DNA of 32,000 nt, from the NCBI RefSeq assembly GCF_000196555.1, contig NC_015067.1, positions 1,260,001 to 1,292,000 of the forward strand. The letters run 5' to 3'. The notes under the pieces were generated by a model. The model made no database searches. It saw nothing but the letters and a program-made list of their open reading frames with translations, and was not told where the DNA came from. Positions 25,992 through 32,000 of the stretch are shown here, piece after piece. The translations under genes were made by a program, and so were the position numbers. The DNA is from Bifidobacterium longum subsp. longum JCM 1217 (GTDB lineage: Bacteria > Actinomycetota > Actinomycetes > Actinomycetales > Bifidobacteriaceae). Every line of letters begins with the position of its first letter. The stretch's first letter is position 1.

Positions 25992-26938
25992 AGCAGCCCC
26001 TCGCAGTGTTCACGCACGAGTTCGGCGGAATGGTGCAGTTTGGCCCGCTCGTCCTCGCTCAGATCGAGTTCGACGATCTCGTTGGCACCATTGGCGCGCA
26101 GTTCAGTGGGGACGCCGAGGAACACGTCATGTTCGCCGTATTCGCCGTCCAACAGGGTGGAGACGGGCACGATGCGGCGTTCGTCCCACAGGATGGTCTG
26201 TACGATGCCGGCCACGGTGGAGGCGATGCCGAAGTTGGTGCCGCCCTTGGCCGCGACGATCTCATTGCCACGGGTGCGGGTCTTCTCTTCGATTTCGGTG
26301 GTGGACACAGAGGCGAAACGGTCTTGGTTGTCGGCCAGGAAGCGGGCGAATGGCTTGCCGCCGAGCGAGACGGTGGACCATGCGGTGAACTGGGAGTCGC
26401 CGTGCTCGCCCATCACGAAGCCGCCCACGTTGCGCGGGTCGAGGCCGGTCTCTTCGCCGATGATGGTCTTGAGACGCGAGGTGTCGAGCGCGGTGCCGGT
26501 ACCGAGCACCTGGGTGCGAGGCAGACCGGAACGTTTCCAGGCATACCAAGCCATCACGTCGACCGGGTTGGAGACCATGACGATCACGCCGTCAAAACCG
26601 GAGGCCATGACGTTGTCGACCACTTCGCCCACAAGACCCACGGTGAAGCCGAGTTCGGCCATGCGGTTGGAGTTGGCCGGCGGCTTGCGGCCCACGGTGA
26701 TGACGACGATGTCCGCATCCTTGCAGTCGGCGTAGTCGCCGGCGCGCACCTTGACGTGGCGGTCCTGGAATTCGCTGCCATCATCGAGGTCGCGGGCCTC
26801 CCCCAGGGCCTTGGCGGCGGAACAGTCGATGAGCACAAGCTCATTGCACAGGCCGTGCGTGACGATGCCGAAGGCGGCGGTGGCACCGACCTGGCCGGTG
26901 CCGACGATAACGACTTTGTTGCGGTTCATAGTGACCAT
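25988..26938 (-). CDS. ldh: L-lactate dehydrogenase (ldh1-type paralog)
   Basis: ORF 25988..27001 trimmed to the ATG at 26938 (MVTMNRNKVVIVGTGQVGAT...). Rossmann GxGxxG motif, catalytic GEHGDS, and an AAAGGA ribosome-binding site. As I recall, the N-terminus matches Bifidobacterium longum LDH1. Confidence 0.9.
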   Translation of the reverse strand: MVTMNRNKVVIVGTGQVGATAAFGIVTHGLCNELVLIDCSAAKALGEARDLDDGSEFQDRHVKVRAGDYADCKDADIVVITVGRKPPANSNRMAELGFTVGLVGEVVDNVMASGFDGVIVMVSNPVDVMAWYAWKRSGLPRTQVLGTGTALDTSRLKTIIGEETGLDPRNVGGFVMGEHGDSQFTAWSTVSLGGKPFARFLADNQDRFASVSTTEIEEKTRTRGNEIVAAKGGTNFGIASTVAGIVQTILWDERRIVPVSTLLDGEYGEHDVFLGVPTELRANGANEIVELDLSEDERAKLHHSAELVREHCEGLL

Positions 26939-26974
26939 GGTGATGTCCTTTCGTAATACTCGATAGAACGCATA

Positions 26975-27007
26975 CGACCCATGACCGACGGTAACGGTCA
27001 TGGGTCG
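26975..27007 (-). terminator. Hairpin between secG and ldh (possible attenuating terminator or processing site)
   Basis: CGACCCATGACCG-7 nt-CGGTCATGGGTCG forms a 13-bp perfect stem. On the minus strand it is followed by TATGCGTTCTAT, which is only weakly U-rich. Confidence 0.45.
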
Positions 27008-27039
27008 CGAGCGACAAGTCTATATGGCGTGCAAGCCGA

Positions 27040-27288
27040 TCAGCCGAGGTTGAACTTGGTCATCATGTCGAGGCCGATAATCAAGGCCACCCACACCAGA
27101 GCGATGATAACGGTCCAACGGTTCAGGTTCTTTTCGGCGACACCGGAAGTACCGGCGTTCTGGGTCAGACCGCCGCCGAACATGTCGGACAAACCGCCGC
27201 CCTTGCCCTTGTGCATAAGGATGAGCAGGGTCAGCACGAAGCTGAGCAGCACGACGATGACTTGCAGCGTGATCTTAAGAGCGGTCAC
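27040..27288 (-). CDS. secG: Preprotein translocase subunit SecG
   Basis: ORF 27040..27336 trimmed to the GTG at 27288, which is preceded by GGAGG with a 6-nt spacer. 82 aa, two TM helices, central KGKGGGLSDMFGGG signature. Classic tpiA-secG linkage. Confidence 0.85.
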   Translation of the reverse strand: MTALKITLQVIVVLLSFVLTLLILMHKGKGGGLSDMFGGGLTQNAGTSGVAEKNLNRWTVIIALVWVALIIGLDMMTKFNLG

Positions 27289-27351
27289 AGGGTACCTCCG
27301 GATTGATTGGACTGTTGACCAGCATAGCGCACACACGGGAAAACCGTGGTA

Positions 27352-28155
27352 TTAGTTCCGTGATTTCGTGGATTTCAGTGCCAGTCGAGCGATTTTGGCG
27401 AGTTCCTCAACGTCCAGGGCCGCCCCTCCGATCAGGAAGCCGTCAACGTCGGGCTGGGAAATGAGTTCCGCCGCATTTTTCGAGGTGACCGATCCGCCGT
27501 ACAGGATACGTATGCTATCGGATACCTTCGTGCCAAAAGTGGTCTTCAAATCGTTGCGGATGGCGTTTGCGGCATCCTGGGCGGATTGCGGAGTGGCCAC
27601 CATGCCGGTGCCAATGGCCCAGACAGGTTCGTAGGCCACGATGAGTTTGGCGGCTTGTTCTTCGTTGAGATCGCGGGTGACGTCTCGTACCTGGCCCACG
27701 GCGAAATCGAGTTCAATGCCTTGACGTCGTTCCTCGAAGCTTTCGCCGACGCACAAAATCGGCTGCATGCCGGCGGCGAGCACGGCACGTACCTGATCGA
27801 CGATATTGGCGTCATCTTCAGGATGGTATTTGCGGCGTTCGGAGTGGCCGACGATGACGTATGAGCAGCCGAGATGGGCGATCATGTCCGCGGACACATC
27901 GCCGGTGAAGGCACCTTGGGTGGTCACGGAAACGGATTGTGCGCCGTAGGCGACATGGAGCTTGTCGGCTTCGACCAGCACCTGCACGCTGCGCAATGAC
28001 GTGAACGAGGGGAAAAGCGCGACTTCGCAGCGTTTAAAGTCGAAGTGAGCGTCACGCAACAGCCATACCAGCTTCTGCACGAAGTAAGTGGCTTCAAGAT
28101 GGTCGAAATTCATCTTCCAGTTGCCGGCCACCAACGGAATGCGTTTGGACGCCAT
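27352..28155 (-). CDS. tpiA: Triosephosphate isomerase
   Basis: 267 aa. LVAGNWKMN, VGHSERR and AYEPVWAIGTG motifs. Confidence 0.96.
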   Translation of the reverse strand: MASKRIPLVAGNWKMNFDHLEATYFVQKLVWLLRDAHFDFKRCEVALFPSFTSLRSVQVLVEADKLHVAYGAQSVSVTTQGAFTGDVSADMIAHLGCSYVIVGHSERRKYHPEDDANIVDQVRAVLAAGMQPILCVGESFEERRQGIELDFAVGQVRDVTRDLNEEQAAKLIVAYEPVWAIGTGMVATPQSAQDAANAIRNDLKTTFGTKVSDSIRILYGGSVTSKNAAELISQPDVDGFLIGGAALDVEELAKIARLALKSTKSRN

Positions 28156-28168
28156 ATGTTTCCCTTCT

Positions 28169-28201
28169 AAAAAACGTAGCTCCCCTCAAGGAGGGGAGCT
28201 A
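28169..28201 (-). terminator. GAGGGGAGC-family hairpin plus U-run between pgk and tpiA (intra-operon intrinsic terminator or attenuator)
   Basis: The minus strand reads TAGCTCCCCTC-ctt-GAGGGGAGCTA followed by CGTTTTTT. The tpiA ribosome-binding site GAAGGGA and ATG come next. Confidence 0.7.
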
Positions 28202-28210
28202 GAAAATGGA

Positions 28211-29416
28211 TTACTCAAGCACCTTCAGGCCAGGGAGCTCCTTGCCTTCGAGGAACTCGAGGGAAGCGCCACCACCGGTGGAGATGTGGGAGAAGCCGTC
28301 CTCCGGGAAGCCGAGGTTGCGCACGGCGGAGGCGGAGTCGCCGCCACCGACGATGGTGAACGCACCGGCTGCGGTGGCGTCGACCAGACCCTGGGCCACG
28401 GCCTTGGTGCCGGCGGCGAACTCAGGAACCTCGAACACGCCCATCGGGCCGTTCCACACGACGGTCTTGGAGTCGACGATCTTGTCGTGGAAGAGCTTCT
28501 GGGACTCCGGGCCGATGTCCAGACCCATCTTGTCGGCCGGGATGGCGTCGGCGGCAACGACTTCCGGAGCAACCGGGGTGTCACCGGCCGGGAAGCCGGC
28601 GTTCACGACGACGTCGGTCGGCAGCACGAGCTCAACGCCGTTCTTCTCGGCGGTCTCGATGTAGCCCTTGACCTTCTCAAGCTGGTCCTCTTCAAGCAGG
28701 GAGGTGCCGACCTCGTAGCCCTTGGCCTTGAGGAAGGTGAACACCATGCCGCCGCCGATGACCAGACGGTTGGCCTTGTCGAGCAGGTTCTCGATGACGC
28801 CGAGCTTGTCGGAGACCTTGGAACCGCCGAGCACCACGGTGAACGGACGCTCCGGGTTCTCGGTGGCCTTGGACAGGGCCTTGACTTCCTTCTCGACCAG
28901 CAGGCCTGCGGCGGCCGACAGATCGGCGGCAACGTCGTAGTTGGAGCCCTGAGCGCGGTGGACCACGCCGAAGCCATCGGAAACGAAGGCCTCGCCGAGG
29001 GCGGCGATCTTCTTGGCGTAAGCGGCGCGTTCGTCGGCGTCCTTAGAGGTCTCCTCCGGGTTGAAACGAACGTTCTCAAGCAGCACAACGTCGCCATCGT
29101 TCATGGCGGCGACCTTGGCCTGAGCGTCCTCGCCGTAGGTGTCCTTGGCCAGCGGCACGTTGGTGCCGAGCAGCTCGCCGAGGCGGGCGGCAACCGGGGC
29201 CAGGCTCAGCTCAGGAACGACCTTGCCTTTCGGGCGGCCAAGGTGGGCCATGAGGATGACCTTGGCGCCTTCTTCGCGCAGGGTCTTGATGGTCGGCAGA
29301 GCAGCCTTGATTCGACCGTCATCGGTGATGGTGGTGCCGTCCAGCGGAACATTGAAATCAGCGCGAACCAGAACGCGCTTGCCCTTGAGATCTCCAAGGT
29401 CCTTGAGTGTCTTCAT
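28211..29416 (-). CDS. pgk: Phosphoglycerate kinase
   Basis: ORF 28211..29536 trimmed to the ATG at 29416 ([25 protein letters not shown]). AAGGAAAGGA ribosome-binding site. 401 aa. Conserved C-terminal [14 protein letters not shown]. Confidence 0.95.
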   Translation of the reverse strand: MKTLKDLGDLKGKRVLVRADFNVPLDGTTITDDGRIKAALPTIKTLREEGAKVILMAHLGRPKGKVVPELSLAPVAARLGELLGTNVPLAKDTYGEDAQAKVAAMNDGDVVLLENVRFNPEETSKDADERAAYAKKIAALGEAFVSDGFGVVHRAQGSNYDVAADLSAAAGLLVEKEVKALSKATENPERPFTVVLGGSKVSDKLGVIENLLDKANRLVIGGGMVFTFLKAKGYEVGTSLLEEDQLEKVKGYIETAEKNGVELVLPTDVVVNAGFPAGDTPVAPEVVAADAIPADKMGLDIGPESQKLFHDKIVDSKTVVWNGPMGVFEVPEFAAGTKAVAQGLVDATAAGAFTIVGGGDSASAVRNLGFPEDGFSHISTGGGASLEFLEGKELPGLKVLE

Positions 29417-29490
29417 GAATATCCTTTCCTTGACGAATCGCACGTCAAAGTGGCCAATTTTGCCACTTTGCATATTACAGGCATTCCGGA

Positions 29491-29533
29491 ACAAAACACC
29501 GCATTCGTCTACTGACTGAATGCGGTGTTTTGT
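29491..29533 (-). terminator. Intrinsic (bidirectional-type) terminator after whiA
   Basis: ACAAAACACCGCATTC-11 nt-GAATGCGGTGTTTTGT forms a 16-bp perfect stem. The G+C-rich core is followed by TTTTGTT on the minus strand. Lies 52 nt after the whiA stop. Confidence 0.7.
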
Positions 29534-29584
29534 CACATCGTTGTCGCGTTTTGCCGAATAGGCACGGCAAATCGGATTGTCGGG

Positions 29585-30535
29585 TTACTTGCCTTCGGCT
29601 GCGCGAGCCTTCTCCGTCTTCTCGGCAAGTTGAAGCAGTCGGCGAATTCGGCCGGCAATCGCATCCTTGGTGATTTGCGGTTCGGCGATCTTGCCGAGCT
29701 CCTCGAGGCTCTTGTCCACGTGATCGATGCGCAGCTGGCCGGCCTGACGGAGGTTGTCCGGAATGTTATCGCCGAGTACTTCGAAAGCATGCTGCACTTT
29801 TTCGCTGGCTTCGGCGGCGGCCTTGGCGGAACGGCGCATATTGGCGTCATCGAAGTTGGCCAGACGGTTGGCCTTGCCGCGGGCCTCGCCGTCGGAGCGC
29901 TTGCCGGTCCATTCGCGGGCCGAACGGGTGGCGCCCATGAGCTTGAGCATGCGTTCGATGGCGTCGGGATCCTTGAGTGTCACGCGCTCGGAGCTACGCA
30001 GCGTGCGATGCTTGGCCTGGATGCCTAGACGACGGGCCACGCCACACAGGGCCATGGCGGCCTCTTCCGTGGGGCAAGCGATTTCCAGGAAGCTGGCCTT
30101 ACCGGGATCGGACAGGAAGCCACGGGCCATGAAGGCGCCGCGCCATGCCGCTTTGATTTGGGCGATGGATCCGTTGACCACTTCAGACGGCAGTCCACGG
30201 ACCTGCTGCTTGCGGCGGTCGACCAGTCCGGTCTGCAAAGCCAAGGCCACTACGTTGCGGGTGACGAGCACCACATAGGTCTCGACAGGGCCGTTCGGGG
30301 TCTGACGTGTGAGGTGATTGACCTCGGCTTCGTGCCCGAACGTGTTCCTCAACGTGTTCTTCAGCCATTCTGCAACGTCAAGCGAGGTGAATACGGCTTG
30401 GATAACGTATGTATTCTGTACCGGTCGAAGACCGCCGCCAAAACGGATCATGGCCGCAGCTTGGGCCTTGATCGCGGCTGGCGAATCGCCTTCAAAGGCT
30501 GCCAACTCGCTTTTGACATCGTCCAGAAGAGCCAA
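29585..30535 (-). CDS. whiA: DNA-binding protein WhiA
   Basis: 316 aa. LAGLIDADG-like N-terminal domains and a C-terminal HTH ([24 protein letters not shown]). TTG start preceded by AGGAGG with a 6-nt spacer. Conserved rapZ...whiA neighbourhood. Confidence 0.9.
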
Positions 30536-30733
30536 GATCTACCTCCTACAGTCCCGTTCTTCTCAATGCTTCAGGCGCTTCGTGCCGTTATCTGCTGTCA
30601 CACGGTCGGAAGCCATCGGCTTTCTGTGATACCTAATCTGGTGGACAAGCGAACCCGTTTGATACGTATTATGGGCTCTGCTTTCTCGCAGTGTGGTCAC
30701 CGAACGCTTGCCCGATGACCGCTCGACGCCTGC

Positions 30734-31720
30734 TTACGATGAGTGACGCTTGTGCTGTTCTCTCGCGGAAACGGTTACGTTGAGCCCATGTGCGCGTAAG
30801 CGGCGAGCCAGCTCTTCGCTCATCGCCACCGACCGGTGCTGACCACCGGTGCAGCCGACGGCGATGGTTACGTAGTGCTTGTCTTCCTGGGCGTATCCTT
30901 CCAACGCAATCTCGATAGCTTTCTCATAAGCGTCGAGAAATTCCTTGGCTCCCTTGCTGGAAAGCACGTAGTCGGCGACCGGCTTGTCGTGCCCGGTAAG
31001 CTCGCGCAGGCTGGGCACCCAGAACGGGTTGGGCAGAAAACGCACGTCGGCCACGAAATCGGCGTCGATGGGCATACCGTATTTGAAGCCGAAGCTGAAG
31101 ATGTGTACTGCCACGGTGGTGGGGCCGGAGCCGAGCATCGCCTCGTAGAGTTTGGTGGACAGCTGGTGGATGCTCAGGGAGCTGGTGTCGATGACCCAGT
31201 CGGCTCGTTCCTTGAGGTCTTCCAGCAGGTGACGTTCCTCAAGGATGCCGTCGACCAGTCGGTTGCCGTGCTGCAGCGGGTGCGGGCGGCGCACGGATTC
31301 GTAGCGCTTGATGAGCACTTCGTTGCTGGCGTCGAGGAACAGAATACGGGTTTTGACGCCGAGATCATCCAGATGGCCGAGCACGGCGGCCAGCTCGTCG
31401 AAATAGCTGGAGCGCACGTCGATGACGGCGGCAAGCTTGTGGACGCCTGACTCCGATCCGGAACCGGAGGTGGTCATCATGTCGACAAGCGGGATAAGCA
31501 GTTTGGGAGGCAGGTTGTCGACCACATACCATCCCATGTCTTCCACGCAGTCAGCGGCATGAGAGCGGCCTGCGCCGGACATACCGGTGATGAGCAGCAC
31601 TTCGAAGGCATCAAGCGGGGTCGGCTGGTTGTCCGGAGTCGATGTGGATGTCGCGGAATTCGCCGGCGCATTCGTGGCGGCCGCCTCGCCGGTATCGCGG
31701 TTCGTTGTCTGTTGATTCAT
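30734..31720 (-). CDS. rapZ: RNase adapter / nucleotide-binding protein RapZ (YvcJ family), with an N-terminal low-complexity extension of about 40 aa
   Basis: 328 aa. Walker A GMSGAGRS and C-terminal CTGGQHRSV motif. The start shares 1 nt with the upstream stop (TAATG). Confidence 0.9.
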   Translation of the reverse strand: MNQQTTNRDTGEAAATNAPANSATSTSTPDNQPTPLDAFEVLLITGMSGAGRSHAADCVEDMGWYVVDNLPPKLLIPLVDMMTTSGSGSESGVHKLAAVIDVRSSYFDELAAVLGHLDDLGVKTRILFLDASNEVLIKRYESVRRPHPLQHGNRLVDGILEERHLLEDLKERADWVIDTSSLSIHQLSTKLYEAMLGSGPTTVAVHIFSFGFKYGMPIDADFVADVRFLPNPFWVPSLRELTGHDKPVADYVLSSKGAKEFLDAYEKAIEIALEGYAQEDKHYVTIAVGCTGGQHRSVAMSEELARRLRAHGLNVTVSAREQHKRHSS

Positions 31721-32000
31721 TACAGCGCCTCCTCAAGAGCTTTGCGCATCGCGATCTCCAGCTGGTCGTCTTCGGTGGTGGTGTCCTGCAGACGCTGGTC
31801 GGCATCGCTGGGCGGGTCGTCATCCCAGATACCGGTCATCAGCAATACCTGTACGAGAGCTTGGTACAGCAGCATTTCTTCGCCGCCGATGGCGTGACCG
31901 CCATGAGCGCGCCAGGCTTCCATGAGCTTGGTGGGGCGTGGATCGTAGATCACGTCCAACAGCAGTCCGGAGAATGGCTCGGTTCCGGCATCGGCGAGGG
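31720..32000 (-). CDS. aroE: Shikimate dehydrogenase-like protein, C-terminal part (gene starts beyond window end)
   Basis: The frame stays open to the window edge (...LADAGTEPFSGLLLDVIYDPRPTKLMEAWRAHGGHAIGGEEMLLYQALVQVLLMTG...). The pattern D-x-I/V-Y-x-P-x-x-T...G-x-x-M-L-x-x-Q-A...TG is the AroE C-terminal signature. The TTG start in the ORF track is internal. Confidence 0.6.
   Translation of the reverse strand, partial: LADAGTEPFSGLLLDVIYDPRPTKLMEAWRAHGGHAIGGEEMLLYQALVQVLLMTGIWDDDPPSDADQRLQDTTTEDDQLEIAMRKALEEAL

Noticed and set aside
28088-29515. 475-aa plus-strand ORF
   Set aside because: Antisense shadow of pgk/tpiA that runs across the intergenic hairpin.

Overview
This is a high-G+C actinobacterial chromosome segment. 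Its gene content and order look like Bifidobacterium core genome, probably the B. longum group. That assignment rests on remembered protein N-termini and synteny; no search was run.

The window is almost entirely housekeeping.
- Minus strand, first block: purH (partial), a PerM-like membrane protein, sucD, sucC, apt, yajC, ruvB, ruvA, ruvC, yebC, a HIT-family gene, thrS and five tRNAs (Gly-Cys-Val-Val-Gly).
- Middle section: a PAC2-family gene (+), uppP (-), a fructosamine-kinase-like gene (+), hrcA-dnaJ (-) with a perfect CIRCE, tkt-tal (+), brnQ (+), and an orphan lower-G+C polytopic membrane protein (+).
- Minus strand, last block: an XRE-HTH::AlaA-type aminotransferase fusion, then whiA, pgk, tpiA, secG, ldh and a HAD phosphatase, preceded by aroE (partial) and rapZ.

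I found no mobile elements, CRISPR arrays, rRNA genes or defence-type gene clusters.

Observations most worth a second look:
1. An array of GTTCAA hexamers overlaps a near-consensus promoter in front of the HTH-aminotransferase fusion.
2. A 189-bp element of nested palindromes bounded by terminal inverted repeats fills the PAC2/uppP convergent gap.
3. A REP-like family of GGCTCCCCTC-N3-GAGGGGAGCC hairpins occurs at least 6 times, including inside the tkt-tal and pgk-tpiA operons.
4. A perfect actinobacterial LexA box lies between ruvC and ruvA.
5. A compositionally atypical orphan membrane protein.
6. The usual yvcK is absent between rapZ and whiA.

Many long ORFs in the supplied track are antisense shadow ORFs typical of high-G+C DNA and were rejected. 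All functional calls come from recognised motifs and synteny, without database searches.
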